A stretch of DNA of 64,000 nucleotides from Nitrospinales bacterium (GCA_965223345.1 CBDCWG010000012.1:768001-832000); one strand, 5' to 3'. Counted from the stretch's first letter, positions 33,538 to 44,646 are shown. Notes: generated by a model not told the origin, from the letters alone. Made by a program: numbers and translations.

Positions 33538-34440
33538 ATGCGACTCTCATTCAAAACTCCCGCGAAAATCAATCTGGGGCTTTTCATCTTGGGCAAGCGG
33601 CCCGATGGCTACCACGAACTGGAAACCCTCCTGCAGATGGTGTCTTTGTTCGATGAGATCGATCTGGAGCCGGTCGCTCAGGGCATCGAGCTGGAATGTT
33701 GTGCGCCGGGGATCCCTCAGGATGCTTCCAATCTGGCCGTCCGGGCGGCGGCGCTGCTTCGCGATGCGTTTCCCGAAAAAAGTTCGGGAGTGCGAATTCA
33801 TCTCAAAAAGAATATCCCGGCCGGTGCCGGGCTCGGCGGGGGCAGCGGCAATGCGGCGGGGGTTCTGATGGGGCTCAACCGACTGTGGGATCTCAAATTG
33901 ACACGGGATCGGCTTTCCACATTTGCGGCGCAGCTCGGCTCGGATGTCCCCTTCTTCCTGTGGGGGCCGTGCGCGCTGGGCCGGGGGCGCGGAGAGATCA
34001 TGGAGCCGGTGGCGAAACCCTCTGGAAAATTTAGCGTCGTTTTGGTTTACCCAGGCTTTCCAATCACCACTTCCGAGGTCTATCGGGCCTTAAAAATCAA
34101 GTTGACAAAGCCCGGAAATCATATTAGCATTCTCGAAAAATTTTTATCTGAATCGGAGATCGTCGCCTTAGGGAGCCGATTGCACAACGACTTGGAACCT
34201 GTTGTGGAAGAACGGTTTCCAGAAATCGAGGCCATCAAAATTGAACTTTTAGCTCAAGGGGCGAAAGGGGCTCTTCTATCTGGGAGTGGTTCTACAGTCT
34301 TTGGCATTTTTGACAGCCCGGAGCAGGCGAACGCAGCCTGCTCGAAAATGAAACGAAGTGACAAAGGGTTGTTGTTTGTTACGGAAACCATTTCAGAGGT
34401 TTCCGAATTTTTGCCAGAGGAAATGCTGAATTACCCATAA
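33538..34440 (+). CDS. ispE: 4-diphosphocytidyl-2-C-methyl-D-erythritol kinase
   Basis: PAKINLGL, KNIPAGAGLGGGSGNAA, LGSDVPFF, LSGSGS. Confidence 0.97.
   Translation: MRLSFKTPAKINLGLFILGKRPDGYHELETLLQMVSLFDEIDLEPVAQGIELECCAPGIPQDASNLAVRAAALLRDAFPEKSSGVRIHLKKNIPAGAGLGGGSGNAAGVLMGLNRLWDLKLTRDRLSTFAAQLGSDVPFFLWGPCALGRGRGEIMEPVAKPSGKFSVVLVYPGFPITTSEVYRALKIKLTKPGNHISILEKFLSESEIVALGSRLHNDLEPVVEERFPEIEAIKIELLAQGAKGALLSGSGSTVFGIFDSPEQANAACSKMKRSDKGLLFVTETISEVSEFLPEEMLNYP
34102..34130 (+). promoter_or_regulatory. Sigma70-type promoter inside ispE, candidate for tRNA-Gln-prs
   Basis: TTGACA-N17-TAGCAT. Confidence 0.55.
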
Positions 34441-34630
34441 CGTTGCGAGGATCCCTTGCGCAATCGCACTGGGCTCACTTCCGGCATCACGCCTCCTCCC
34501 CGTATCCCGTTCCCGTTTTAAATCCGCAATCATTTGATTTTTTTGGGATCATTTTTTTTCGGCTCGACCCATGACCCGGTATCCGAGGGTGATTGATTCC
34601 GGTCACCGTTAGAAGCATCGTGAAGGTTTT

Positions 34631-34703
34631 TGGGGCGTCGACAAGCGGCTAAGTCACAGGATTTTGGTTCCTGCATTCGGAGGTTCGAATCCTCCCGCCC
34701 CAG
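34631..34703 (+). tRNA. tRNA-Gln(TTG)
   Basis: TGGGGCG...CAGGATT-TTG-GTTCCTG...GGTTCGAATCC...CGCCCCAG cloverleaf at the canonical ispE-prs position. Confidence 0.97.
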
Positions 34704-34721
34704 TTTTATTCAAGAGGCTGT

Positions 34722-35675
34722 ATGGACGCACATGAAAATGGCAGGGTTCTGGTGTTTTCCGGAAGGGCAAATCCTCTCCTGGCAGAGGATATTTGCCGTT
34801 ATATGAACGTCGCTCTCGGAAGAACGGTCATCCGCGATTTTTCCGACCAGGAAATTTACGTGAAGATCGATGAAAACGTGCGCGGCGGCGATGTGTTCGT
34901 GATCCAATCCACCTGCAATCCCGGAAACACCAACCTGATGGAAATGCTCATCATGATCGATGCGCTCAGGCGTTCCTCGGCCAAGCGCATCACGGCCGTG
35001 CTGCCTTACTACGGCTACGCCCGGCAGGACCGCAAATGCGAGCCCCGGGTCCCCATCACGTCCAAGCTGGTGGCGGACCTGCTGGAGACCGCCGGCACCG
35101 ACCGGGTGTTGACGGTGGATCTGCATGCCGGGCAGATCCAGGGGTTTTTCAATGTGCCGGTGGACCATCTTTTTGCGATGAACGTTCTGGTCAAATACAT
35201 CAAGGAGCTCAATCTCAAGGATATGATCGTCATCTCACCCGATGCGGGCGGGGTGGAGCGGGCGCGGGCGTTCGCCAAGCGCCTGGGAACGTCGCTCGCC
35301 ATCATCGACAAACGCCGGGAGCTCCCCAACGAAGCGAAGGCGATGAACATCATCGGTGATGTGAAAGGGAAAGTGGCGTTCATCGTCGATGACATGATCG
35401 ACACCGCAGGCACCCTGATGGAAGCGACCGATGCGCTGCTGCAACAAGGCGCCACGGAGGTGCACGCCTGCTGCACGCATCCGGTGCTTTCCGGTCCGGC
35501 GGCGAAACGGATCGAGAAATCGCCGCTCAAATCGCTGGTGGCCACCAACACGATTCCCTTGCACGACACTCTGGAGAACAATCCAAAAGTCAAAATATTA
35601 TCCGTCGCTCCCCTCCTGGGGGAGGCGATTCTCAGGATTCACCGCGAGACTTCGGTGAGTTCGTTATTCGATTGA
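34722..35675 (+). CDS. prs: Ribose-phosphate pyrophosphokinase
   Basis: [38 protein letters not shown]. Confidence 0.98.
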   Translation: MDAHENGRVLVFSGRANPLLAEDICRYMNVALGRTVIRDFSDQEIYVKIDENVRGGDVFVIQSTCNPGNTNLMEMLIMIDALRRSSAKRITAVLPYYGYARQDRKCEPRVPITSKLVADLLETAGTDRVLTVDLHAGQIQGFFNVPVDHLFAMNVLVKYIKELNLKDMIVISPDAGGVERARAFAKRLGTSLAIIDKRRELPNEAKAMNIIGDVKGKVAFIVDDMIDTAGTLMEATDALLQQGATEVHACCTHPVLSGPAAKRIEKSPLKSLVATNTIPLHDTLENNPKVKILSVAPLLGEAILRIHRETSVSSLFD

Positions 35676-35687
35676 TCGGGAGGCATC

Positions 35688-36359
35688 ATGGCGTCAGCCG
35701 CATTGGAAGGAAAACTGAGGGATCAAAAAGGCAAGTCCGCCGCGCGGAAAGCCCGGAGGGAAAACTTCCTGCCCGGAGTTCTGTACGGCATGAAGGACAA
35801 CCTGCTCTTAAATGTCAATCCCAAGCAATTGCACAAGATCCTTGAGAGAAAGGGACAGAACACCCTGATCGAGCTGAACCTGGAAGGCGACAGCGCGCAG
35901 AAGCGTCAGGTGATTTTGAAGGACTTTCAAAAACACCCGCTCAGGGAAGACTGGCTGCATGTGGATTTTCTGGAAGTGGACATGAACAAGAAAACCAAGG
36001 TCCTCGTTCCGATCAAACTCATGGGCCACTCGCCGGGCGAGAAGCTGGGCGGGCTGGTGAACCACGTGATGAAGGAATTGCACGTGGAGTGTCTGCCCGG
36101 CGATATTCCGGAAGGACTTGAAATCGACATGACCCAGGTGCAATTGGGGGACGTGGTGCACGTCCGCGACCTGCCGGTTTCGGAAAAGATGACGATCACC
36201 GACGATCCGGCCGACACGGTGGTCAGCGTGTACCTTGAGAAGGTCAAAGAAGAGGAGCCGGCTGAAGGCGAGGAAGGCGAGGCCGTCGAAGGTGAAGCCG
36301 CCGCCGATGCCGAAACCAAGGAAGAAAACAAGGACGCCGATAAGAAAGAAGGGTCCTGA
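35688..36359 (+). CDS. rplY: 50S ribosomal protein L25/CTC
   Basis: GKSAARKARR..LPGVLYG, HVDF, acidic tail. Confidence 0.95.
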   Translation: MASAALEGKLRDQKGKSAARKARRENFLPGVLYGMKDNLLLNVNPKQLHKILERKGQNTLIELNLEGDSAQKRQVILKDFQKHPLREDWLHVDFLEVDMNKKTKVLVPIKLMGHSPGEKLGGLVNHVMKELHVECLPGDIPEGLEIDMTQVQLGDVVHVRDLPVSEKMTITDDPADTVVSVYLEKVKEEEPAEGEEGEAVEGEAAADAETKEENKDADKKEGS

Positions 36360-36367
36360 TCTCAGCT

Positions 36368-36925
36368 GTGTACCTCATATTGGGGCTGGGCAATCCCGGG
36401 CCGCGGTATGAACTGACGCGACACAATGCCGGGTTTCTCGTCGTGGACAACCTGGCGGAAAAGCACAACATTGCGTTGACGCGTCATGGCTACCAATGCC
36501 TCTACGGGCAGGGAACGATCGACGATCTCGATGTCGTGGTGGCCAAGCCCATGACTTATATGAACCGGAGTGGCCGGTCCGCCAAGGCGCTGCTGTCCGC
36601 CTTGAAGTTGCTTCCGGAACAGGTTGTTGTCGTGCATGACGACATCGACCTTCCTTTGGGAAAAATCAAAAAGAAGAGCAAGGGAGGGGACGGGGGCCAG
36701 CTCGGCATCCGGTCCATCACCGAGTGCCTTCAGACCCGGGAATACCACCGGATCCGCATCGGCATCGGGCGGCCCGAGGACCGGGACGATATCGTAGATT
36801 ACGTGCTGACCCCGTTTGAGGATGAAGAAATGGAAGCGCTGAATACGGTCATCGAAAATGCGGTGCAGCTGATTGAAGCGACGCTCAAGGAACTCAACAA
36901 ACGAACTCATCTAACGGAGGATTAA
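36368..36925 (+). CDS. pth: Peptidyl-tRNA hydrolase
   Basis: [32 protein letters not shown] start. Confidence 0.96.
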   Translation: MYLILGLGNPGPRYELTRHNAGFLVVDNLAEKHNIALTRHGYQCLYGQGTIDDLDVVVAKPMTYMNRSGRSAKALLSALKLLPEQVVVVHDDIDLPLGKIKKKSKGGDGGQLGIRSITECLQTREYHRIRIGIGRPEDRDDIVDYVLTPFEDEEMEALNTVIENAVQLIEATLKELNKRTHLTED

Positions 36926-36930
36926 TCAGG

Positions 36931-39006
36931 ATGCTAAAGGAATACACCGGAGAGCTGATATTTGTCGGCATATCCATTTTGGTTTATGTGTTGATGGCTC
37001 TCTTCGACGCATCGCACAATTTTGTCTATTTCGCCATTGTGTTCGGTTTGTTCGGCCTCGTGGTGGCCTGGAAAATATTTGAAAACGTCGATGACCAGCC
37101 CGAAGGCAATGAGAAGATGATGGAAATCGCCGACTCCATTCACGAAGGTGCGATGGTGTTCCTGTCCCGCGAGTACCGCATCCTGGGTTATTTCATCGGC
37201 GCGGTGTTTCTGCTTTTGCTCATCGTCATCTCCACCCAGAAGGGCCTTTGGATCGGCTTCTGGACGGCGGTGTCCTACGCCATCGGCGCCGGCTGCTCGA
37301 TGCTGGCGGGCTTTTTCGGAATGAACGCGGCGACCACCGCAAACGTGCGCACCTCACAGGCCGCAAACGACAGCGGCCAGGCCAAGGCCCTCAACATCGC
37401 CTTCAACGGCGGATCGGTGATGGGCCTGTGCGTGGCCAGCCTCGGGCTCGTGGGTGTGGGCGGTCTGTTCCTGCTTTTCGCCCGCGGCGACTCGGCCAGC
37501 GTGATCAGCGGTTTCGCGATGGGCGCGAGTTCCATCGCCCTGTTCGCGCGTGTGGGCGGCGGCATCTACACCAAGACCGCCGACGTCGGGTCGGATCTGG
37601 TGGGTAAAGTGGAAGCGGGCATTCCGGAAGACGATCCGAGAAACCCGGGCGTCATCGCCGACAACGTGGGCGACTGCGTGGGCGACACGGCGGGACTGGG
37701 AGCGGATATCTTTGAATCCTACTGCGGTTCGATGATCGCGACGATCGCCATCGGCGCGAGCATGGCGACGATGAAATTCGAGTACATGTCGCTTCCCGTG
37801 ATCATCGCGATGGTCGGATTGATTTCATCCATCGTCGGCATCCGCGCCATGAACGTGCTGGAAAACATGGATCCCGCATCGGCGCTGCGTAACTGCACCT
37901 TCGTGAGCGCGTTCGTCATGCTGTTCGTCGCGGTCATCGTCATCAAATTCATGGGACTGCCTTGGGGCGTCTTCTGGGCGCTGTTGTTCGGCTGCGTGGC
38001 CGGTATCGCCATCGGGCTGATCACCGAGTACTACACGGCGCACGGGCCGGTGGTCAAGATCGCCGAATCCAGCAAAACCGGTGTGGCTACCGTGATGATC
38101 ACCGGTCTTGCGGTGGCGATGGAAAGCACGGTGCTGCCAGTGATCATCATTGCGGTCGCCATTTTCGCAGGCTCCGAATCCGCCGGGTTGTACGGCGTGG
38201 CGCTGTCCGCTGTGGGCATGCTAGCGACGGTGGGCATCACCATGTCGGTGGACGCCTACGGTCCCATCGCCGACAACGCGGGCGGCATTTCCGAAATGGC
38301 GGGCCTGGGTGAGGACACCCGCAAAATCACCGACGGTCTGGATGCGGTGGGCAACACCACGGCGGCGATCGGAAAAGGATTCGCCATCGGTTCTGCGGCG
38401 CTGACGGCGCTGGCGCTGTTTTCAGCGTTCACGCAGGCGGCGGGCATCGAGGCCATCGATATCACCCAAACAACGGTCATCATCGGCGTGCTGGTGGGTG
38501 GTGTGGTTCCGTTCTTTGTGGCAGCGTTGACCATGACCTCCGTCGGCAAAGCGGCCTTCACCATGGTCGAGGAAATCCGGCGGCAGTTCCGCGAGATTCC
38601 GGGATTGATGGAAGGCACCGGAAAGCCGGACAGCGCGCGCTGCATCGACATCAGCACCCAGGCGGCTCTACGCGAAATGATCGCTCCGGGTGTGGTGGCG
38701 TTCACGATGCCCATCGTCATCGGGTTCGCGATGGGGGCGGAAGCGCTGGGAGGCATGCTGGTGGGTTCGACCCTTGTGGGTGTTCTGCTCGCGCTGTTCA
38801 TGTCGAACGGCGGCGGCGCCTGGGACAACGCGAAAAAATACGTCGAAAGCGGCAACCTGGGCGGCAAGAATTCCGAGGCGCACAAAGCGACGGTCGTCGG
38901 CGACACCGTGGGCGATCCGCTGAAAGACACGTCGGGGCCTGCGATGAACATTCTCATCAAACTGATGTCCATCGTTTCTCTCGTGCTGGCGCCGCTTTTC
39001 ATTTGA
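36931..39006 (+). CDS. hppA: Membrane Na+/H+-translocating pyrophosphatase, K+-dependent type
   Basis: [45 protein letters not shown]. Confidence 0.96.
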   Translation: MLKEYTGELIFVGISILVYVLMALFDASHNFVYFAIVFGLFGLVVAWKIFENVDDQPEGNEKMMEIADSIHEGAMVFLSREYRILGYFIGAVFLLLLIVISTQKGLWIGFWTAVSYAIGAGCSMLAGFFGMNAATTANVRTSQAANDSGQAKALNIAFNGGSVMGLCVASLGLVGVGGLFLLFARGDSASVISGFAMGASSIALFARVGGGIYTKTADVGSDLVGKVEAGIPEDDPRNPGVIADNVGDCVGDTAGLGADIFESYCGSMIATIAIGASMATMKFEYMSLPVIIAMVGLISSIVGIRAMNVLENMDPASALRNCTFVSAFVMLFVAVIVIKFMGLPWGVFWALLFGCVAGIAIGLITEYYTAHGPVVKIAESSKTGVATVMITGLAVAMESTVLPVIIIAVAIFAGSESAGLYGVALSAVGMLATVGITMSVDAYGPIADNAGGISEMAGLGEDTRKITDGLDAVGNTTAAIGKGFAIGSAALTALALFSAFTQAAGIEAIDITQTTVIIGVLVGGVVPFFVAALTMTSVGKAAFTMVEEIRRQFREIPGLMEGTGKPDSARCIDISTQAALREMIAPGVVAFTMPIVIGFAMGAEALGGMLVGSTLVGVLLALFMSNGGGAWDNAKKYVESGNLGGKNSEAHKATVVGDTVGDPLKDTSGPAMNILIKLMSIVSLVLAPLFI

Positions 39007-39028
39007 TTTAAAAATTTGCGATTCACTT

Positions 39029-39067
39029 GAGGGATGGGGGGAAACCCCCCATCCCTCTTTGTTTTTT
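39029..39067 (+). terminator. Intrinsic terminator after hppA
   Basis: GAGGGATGGGGGG-AAA-CCCCCCATCCCTC followed by a T-rich tail. Confidence 0.88.
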
Positions 39068-39118
39068 ACACGCGCGATCGGGAACGGTTTTCCCGAATGC
39101 GTTGAACCGGTTCTCACG

Positions 39119-39925
39119 ATGCGCAAATCCCTTCGATTCGGGCTGCACGATTTTCTCAACGCGCAGCCGCTTCTCGCTTCGCTTTCCGGTGATCAGAAAA
39201 ACTCCGGGATTGAGGTGGTGCGGGACACGCCTTCCGCTTTGGCCGAGCGGTTTGAAGCCGGTGAATTCGATCTCGCCATGATTCCCGCTGTGGCGTTTTT
39301 CAAGCTGAGCCCTGGACACCGCCTGCTGGATGGGATCTGCATCGCTTCGGACGGGAAAGTGGACACGGTTCTGTTCGCTGCCAGCGCTCCGCTTTCTTCC
39401 CTCAAATCCATCGCCTTCGATCGCCGGTCGCGCACGTCCATCGCTCTGTTGCAGATTTTGTTTGGTGATCGCTTTGCAGCCGATGTCGTGTACGAGCCGT
39501 TCGCTCCCGATCCCGAAGCCATGCTTGAATCGCGCCAGGCGGGGCTGATCATCGGCGATCAGGCGTTTCGCATTTCCCGGTTGCAAGCGGACTTGCAGGT
39601 GTTCGATCTCAGCGAGGCGTGGTTCGATCGCACCGGCCTGCCTTTTGTGCATGCGGTGATCGCGGTTCGCGAGGGCGTCGCGCTGGATCCTCAATTGCGG
39701 GAACGCATCGTGGACGCGCCGGAAGCAGGCCTTAAGCGGATGGATTCGTATTTGCCCGCGTACGCACAACAACAGGGACTGGATAAAGACGTCTGCGAAC
39801 GGTACCTGCGGCAGAGAATCCGCTATCGGCTGGGGAAAAAAGAGGTGGAGGGGTTGCTGCGCTTTCAGGGGATGTGCGTGGAGCGGGGACTGGTGCCGGA
39901 GAAGACCCCGATCGAGTTTGTATGA
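39119..39925 (+). CDS. mqnA: Chorismate dehydratase (futalosine menaquinone pathway)
   Basis: FLNAQPL, SRTSIAL, LIIGDQA, DLSEAW...TGLPFVHA. Confidence 0.85.
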   Translation: MRKSLRFGLHDFLNAQPLLASLSGDQKNSGIEVVRDTPSALAERFEAGEFDLAMIPAVAFFKLSPGHRLLDGICIASDGKVDTVLFAASAPLSSLKSIAFDRRSRTSIALLQILFGDRFAADVVYEPFAPDPEAMLESRQAGLIIGDQAFRISRLQADLQVFDLSEAWFDRTGLPFVHAVIAVREGVALDPQLRERIVDAPEAGLKRMDSYLPAYAQQQGLDKDVCERYLRQRIRYRLGKKEVEGLLRFQGMCVERGLVPEKTPIEFV

Positions 39926-39986
39926 ACGGGAGGGCGGAAGAAACCCGTTCCCGCCCGCGGTGACCCACGGGCGGGAAGGATCGTGA

Positions 39987-41831
39987 TCAGTTGAACGCGG
40001 ATTTGAGGAAATCGACGGCTTTGCGCGCGGAGTTTTCGATGAAATCGAGATAGTTCCGCACATCCTCGGGCCGATCTTCCTGGGTCCCGGTCGTTTGCGC
40101 GTCACTTCCCGCATCCGCCGTCATGGTTGCGGAGTGGGCTCCCGTTCCTTCCAGCACTTCGGCCGTTTCTTCTTCAGACGCTTCGGCTTCTTCTGAAGAT
40201 TCGGTTTCCGCAGGGGCAGCTTCGGCCTGCTCCACTTCCTCTACAGCTTCGGGTTCCGCTTCCACTTCGGCGGTGTCTGCAGCGGCGGTCTCTTCGCTTT
40301 CATCACCGGAGGCCTCTGCGATCTCTTCGGCTGCATCCTCGCCGGACGCTTCCCCGGCGCTGGCCTCTTCAGATGTTTCGGCCGACGCTTCGACCACTTC
40401 TTCGGCTTCAGCGGGGGCGTCTGCGCTTTCAGCGACGGCTTCCGCTTCACTGGCATCGGAAGCGTCTGTGGCTTCCGCGGTCTCTTCAGCAGCTTCGCTC
40501 TCGCTGTCGGCGGCTTCTTCGGTGCCGGTCTCCGCAGTCGCCTCAGGAGGTGCTACGGCCACTTCTTCGTCGGGAATGTCCGTGCTTGCAGCAGTTGCCT
40601 CTTCGCTTTCATCGCCGGAGGCATCCGCGGTCTGCTCAGCTGCATCCTCGCCGGACGCTTCCCCGGTGCTGGCCTCTTCAGACGTCTCGGCCGACGCTAC
40701 GACCGCTTCTTCAGCTTCAGCGGGGGCGTCTGCGCTTTCAGCGACGGCTTCCGCTTCGCTTTCATCGGAAGCCTCCGTGGCCTCTGCGGTCTCTTCAGCA
40801 GCTTCGCTCTCGCTGGTGGCAGCTTCTTCGGTGCCGGTCCCTGCAGGCGTCTCAGCGGGTGCCAAAACCACTTCTTCGTCGGGGATGTCCGTGCTTTCAG
40901 CAGTTGCCTCTTCGCTTTCATCACCGGAGGCGTCTGCGGCCTGCTCGGCCTCGGCAGCAGGCTCTTCTGCAGCGGCCTCTTCAGTCTCGGCGTCGGCCGC
41001 GGCTGCTTCCGCTTCTATTGCCGCGGAAGCGTCGGCGGTCTGTTCGCCTTCGCTCACGCTGGGTACTGCTTCGGGAGCCTTTGCGGTTTCCGCAGTTTGT
41101 TCGGTTTCTTCGGCAGAAGCGGTGTCGGCGGCTTCGCCTTCGTCGCCTTCAGATGCAGTCGCCGGTTCCTGCGGATTCATGACGATCTGATCGTCCGGGA
41201 TGTCTTCGGCATCGCTCGCGGTTTCTTCGGCGGCGGCGCTCTCTTCCGCAGCCGCTTGCGCTGTTTCGGTGCTTTGCCCGGCCGTGTCACCCACGGTTTC
41301 TTCCTGGATGTCCACCACTTCCACTTCGTTTCCTTCTCCCACGGCCTTGACCGACATGCTGATGGACGGGTTTTCGGTTGCAGCCGGAACCGCGGACGCC
41401 GTCGTTTCGGGATTCATCCTGGCGGCGACTTCCTGTTTCAGCGTGTTGAGTTCTTTCTTTAAAGCGGTGAGCGACTCGGGAGTTTGAAAGGGGGCGTTGG
41501 CTTCGGTTTCCAGGCTTTTGAGCCGGGTCTGCATGGTGCCCAGAAGCGATTGGATTTCATCCAACGATTCCTGTTTGCTCTGCGACTGTTGGAACAGCGC
41601 GATCGACAGGCCGACGACCAGGACCAGAAGCGCGGCCACGGCGATCAGAGTGAGGTTTTTTTTATCCTGCTGGGAAGAGGAATTCCCGGCGGTCACCTCG
41701 GACGCTTCGTTTTGTTCTTGAGAGTCGGCGTTGTCGTCTGAGGATTGGCTGGTATCGTTTCCGTTTGAGTTGCTTTCGGTGTTTTTTTGTTCGGAGCCGG
41801 ATTTCTTTTTGTTGTCTTTCTTCTTTTTCAT
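39987..41831 (-). CDS. Single-TM protein with coiled coil and long acidic Ala/Glu-rich repeat region
   Basis: TM LTLIAVAALLVLVVGLSIALF; coiled coil; E/A/S/T/D low-complexity region with an internal duplication. Confidence 0.8.
   Translation of the reverse strand: MKKKKDNKKKSGSEQKNTESNSNGNDTSQSSDDNADSQEQNEASEVTAGNSSSQQDKKNLTLIAVAALLVLVVGLSIALFQQSQSKQESLDEIQSLLGTMQTRLKSLETEANAPFQTPESLTALKKELNTLKQEVAARMNPETTASAVPAATENPSISMSVKAVGEGNEVEVVDIQEETVGDTAGQSTETAQAAAEESAAAEETASDAEDIPDDQIVMNPQEPATASEGDEGEAADTASAEETEQTAETAKAPEAVPSVSEGEQTADASAAIEAEAAAADAETEEAAAEEPAAEAEQAADASGDESEEATAESTDIPDEEVVLAPAETPAGTGTEEAATSESEAAEETAEATEASDESEAEAVAESADAPAEAEEAVVASAETSEEASTGEASGEDAAEQTADASGDESEEATAASTDIPDEEVAVAPPEATAETGTEEAADSESEAAEETAEATDASDASEAEAVAESADAPAEAEEVVEASAETSEEASAGEASGEDAAEEIAEASGDESEETAAADTAEVEAEPEAVEEVEQAEAAPAETESSEEAEASEEETAEVLEGTGAHSATMTADAGSDAQTTGTQEDRPEDVRNYLDFIENSARKAVDFLKSAFN
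40287..40946. repeat. 309-bp (103-codon) tandem repeat: two full copies plus the start of a third
   Basis: Minus-strand units start at 40946, 40637 and 40328 (EQAADASGDESEE / EQTADASGDESEE / EEIAEASGDESEE). Confidence 0.9.
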
Positions 41832-41903
41832 GGCAAAGGTTGCCCATCTCAGGCGGAATTAAGGGTCCACGTGCTTACGATGGAGAGGCGCGTTCGCTTC
41901 CCA

Positions 41904-42782
41904 TCAATGAATGATTTTATTGAGCGGATATTCCACTATGTCCTCGGCGCCTGCCTGCTTGAGGTCGGGGGCGATGGTGCGCACCATCTTTTCGTCAAGA
42001 ATCACGCTGACATCGACCCAGTCACCATCGCTCAATTGAGCGATGGTCGGCTTTTTCTCCGGAGGCAGGATTTTCAACACGGTGTCTAGTTTGGACTTGG
42101 GAACGTTCATCATCAGGCCCACTTTTCCGTTGGCGGCCATGGCGCTTTGCAGCATCAGGACGAGGCGAGCGGCTTTGTCTTTTTTCCACTCATCTTTGTG
42201 GGCATCCTTGTTCATTATGAATTTGGTGTTGGACTGCATCAGGGTATCGACGATTCTGAGATTGTTGGCGCGCAGGGAACTGCCGGTCTCGGTGATTTCC
42301 ACGATCGCGTCCACCAGCTTGGGGGGTTTGACTTCGGTGGCGCCCCAGGAAAATTCGACATTGGCGGTGACGCCGTGTTTTTTCAGGTAATCGACGGTCA
42401 TGTTCACGGCTTCCGTGGCGATGCGTTTGCCCTGCAGGTCCTTGACCGTCTGGATGGACGAATCGTTGGGAACGGCCAGGACCCAGCGCACCGGCCGGGA
42501 AGACTGCTTGGAGTAAACCAGGTCGGCGACTTCCACGACATCGGCGCGGTTTTCCATGACCCAGTCTTTGCCGGTGAGACCGACATCGAGAACGCCATCC
42601 GCGACGTAGCGGGCGATTTCCTGGGCGCGGATCAGCATGCATTCGATTTCGTCGTCGTCGATCGTGGGAAAATAGGAACGGCTTTTGATTTTGACTTCGT
42701 AGCCTGCTTTGGCAAACAGCTTGACGGTCGCCTCTTCCAGACTGCCTTTGGGAATGCCTAATTTTAAAACGTTGCCGCTCAT
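41904..42782 (-). CDS. hisG: ATP phosphoribosyltransferase, long form
   Basis: [30 protein letters not shown]. Confidence 0.97.
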   Translation of the reverse strand: MSGNVLKLGIPKGSLEEATVKLFAKAGYEVKIKSRSYFPTIDDDEIECMLIRAQEIARYVADGVLDVGLTGKDWVMENRADVVEVADLVYSKQSSRPVRWVLAVPNDSSIQTVKDLQGKRIATEAVNMTVDYLKKHGVTANVEFSWGATEVKPPKLVDAIVEITETGSSLRANNLRIVDTLMQSNTKFIMNKDAHKDEWKKDKAARLVLMLQSAMAANGKVGLMMNVPKSKLDTVLKILPPEKKPTIAQLSDGDWVDVSVILDEKMVRTIAPDLKQAGAEDIVEYPLNKIIH

Positions 42783-42817
42783 GGGGTTGGGCTCTTTCTA
42801 GGTGAAGGGTAGATATT

Positions 42818-43192
42818 TCAGGACTTTTTGTACACTTGCTTCGGGTCGAAAATCCGTTCTTCGACCACTTCAAGCTCGCCATCGAGCTTTCTGAAAAAAC
42901 AACTGGTGTAACCTTTGTGGCAGGCGGCCTTGCCCACCTGTTCGACTTTCAACAAAACCGTGTCGTCGTCGCAATCGACATAGACTTCCTTGACGATCTG
43001 CACGTTGCCGCTTTCTTCACCCTTCATCCACTGCTTGTCGCGCGAGCGGCTGTAAAACCAGGCTTTGCCCGTTTCCAGCGTTTTTTCCCAGGCGATCGGG
43101 TTCATGTAGGCGAGCATCAACACCTGGCCCGATTCCGCATCCTGAATGATGGCGGGAACCAGACCACCCATCTTCTCAAAATCCAGCTTCAT
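42818..43192 (-). CDS. hisI: Phosphoribosyl-AMP cyclohydrolase
   Basis: YSRSR...[23 protein letters not shown]. Confidence 0.96.
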   Translation of the reverse strand: MKLDFEKMGGLVPAIIQDAESGQVLMLAYMNPIAWEKTLETGKAWFYSRSRDKQWMKGEESGNVQIVKEVYVDCDDDTVLLKVEQVGKAACHKGYTSCFFRKLDGELEVVEERIFDPKQVYKKS

Positions 43193-43215
43193 ATGTTCCT
43201 CCGGTGAAACTCGGA

Positions 43216-43244
43216 AATCTAAAATATTATTGATTTTCTGTCAA
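43216..43244 (-). promoter_or_regulatory. Sigma70-type promoter for hisI-hisG
   Basis: TTGACA-N17-TAGATT on the minus strand. Confidence 0.65.
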
Positions 43245-43379
43245 CCTTATAATAGCCTGTTCAAAACCTTTTATAAAGTTAGACTTCGATATAATTCAAC
43301 CGCTGCGACCGATCCGTTTTTGACGGGTAACCCATTATAAAACAGTAGGATTTCTCAGTCTCGTTTGCGAGGGGTCAGC

Positions 43380-44000
43380 ATGCCTTCCATCACCCATTTT
43401 GAAATCTACAAACCTGCGGAACCGTGCGCATTGACCGGTGAAAAACTGCGGGAAACCATGGAAAAAACGCTCAATGAGTGCCTTTCTTCCGACGGCAAGG
43501 AGTTCAACCTCAAAGGATATTGCGTCGGATCCAACGGGATGGGCATTTTTTGCCTGGACGACCGGCTGAGCAAAGTGAAACGGCTGAACCTGGGGGGCAA
43601 CCGCATCGGCGACAAGGGCGTGCGCCTGCTTGCGGAAGCGGAGGTTTTTTCCAAAGTGAACTGGCTGGAACTGGGGGGCAACGACATCGGCCCGGATGGC
43701 ATCCGGGCGCTGGTGGACTCGAAGGTGCTCAAGAAAGTCAAGACCCTCAATCTGTACCGCAACTATATCAAAGACGAAGGCGCCAAGGTGCTGGCGGAGA
43801 AAAACGGTCTGGAAAAGATCGAGGATCTGGACCTGGCGCAGAATGAAATCGGCGATGCCGGCATTCTGGCGCTGTCCGAGTCCAAACGGTTTCCCAATCT
43901 GGTGGCGGCCTATCTCGACAACAATTTCGCTTCCCGGATTGCCAAGGAAAAAGCCCGGCTCGGACCGAATTTCAAAAAACTGCAATCTTTGAACCTTTGA
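43380..44000 (+). CDS. Leucine-rich repeat protein (RI-like/GALA type)
   Basis: Repeats LNLGGNRIGDKGV, LELGGNDIGPDGI, LNLYRNYIKDEGA, LDLAQNEIGDAGI. Confidence 0.88.
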   Translation: MPSITHFEIYKPAEPCALTGEKLRETMEKTLNECLSSDGKEFNLKGYCVGSNGMGIFCLDDRLSKVKRLNLGGNRIGDKGVRLLAEAEVFSKVNWLELGGNDIGPDGIRALVDSKVLKKVKTLNLYRNYIKDEGAKVLAEKNGLEKIEDLDLAQNEIGDAGILALSESKRFPNLVAAYLDNNFASRIAKEKARLGPNFKKLQSLNL

Positions 44001-44075
44001 GGTCGGCGTTTGCGGTCATCGGGAATCGATGCCAGATCGGTTCCCGTTTATTCGTTTACAATATATTGAGGCGTA

Positions 44076-44645
44076 ATGAGCGAAACGTACGGTAAAGGAT
44101 CTTTCCTGATCGCCAACCCGGTGCTGCCGGACCCGAACTTCTCCCGCACCGTCGTCCTCTTGTGCAATCACGACGAGCACGGCTCGTTCGGCCTGGTCAT
44201 CAACAAGGTGGCGCCGGTGAACCCTGCCGAAGTGTTTGAAAAGATCAACGTAGACCGGCTGCAGTCGTTCAGGGGCAAAGTGTACATCGGCGGCCCGGTT
44301 TCCCAGTCGCAGATGTTTTATGTCTGCCGCTCCCCGGAAACGATTCCCGAGCTGGACCAGATCTGCGAGGGCGTGTATCTGGGGATGGATTGGAATTTTC
44401 TCGAAAAGGTCGTCGAGAACATCCCCGACCCGGAATCCAACGTGCGCTTTTATCTCGGCTATTCCGGCTGGGCGGCGGGACAGTTGGCGGGTGAGATGGA
44501 GCAGAGAAGCTGGCTCACCTGCGACGCCACGGAACGATTCGTGTTCGAACCGGAAGAAGATCAGGTGTGGCCCCAAGTCGTGAAGTCGATGGGAAAAGAA
44601 TACGAATATCTGATCAAGGCCCCGGTCAATCCTTCCTTGAATTGA
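44076..44645 (+). CDS. YqgE/AlgH family protein (UPF0301)
   Basis: DPNFSRTVVLL, GGPV, GYSGWAAGQL..E. Confidence 0.92.
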   Translation: MSETYGKGSFLIANPVLPDPNFSRTVVLLCNHDEHGSFGLVINKVAPVNPAEVFEKINVDRLQSFRGKVYIGGPVSQSQMFYVCRSPETIPELDQICEGVYLGMDWNFLEKVVENIPDPESNVRFYLGYSGWAAGQLAGEMEQRSWLTCDATERFVFEPEEDQVWPQVVKSMGKEYEYLIKAPVNPSLN

Positions 44646-44646
44646 G

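Noticed and set aside
40287..40946. Repeats as a possible CRISPR array or mobile element
   Set aside because: In-frame coding repeat with a 309-bp period, no spacers and no cas or transposase genes.
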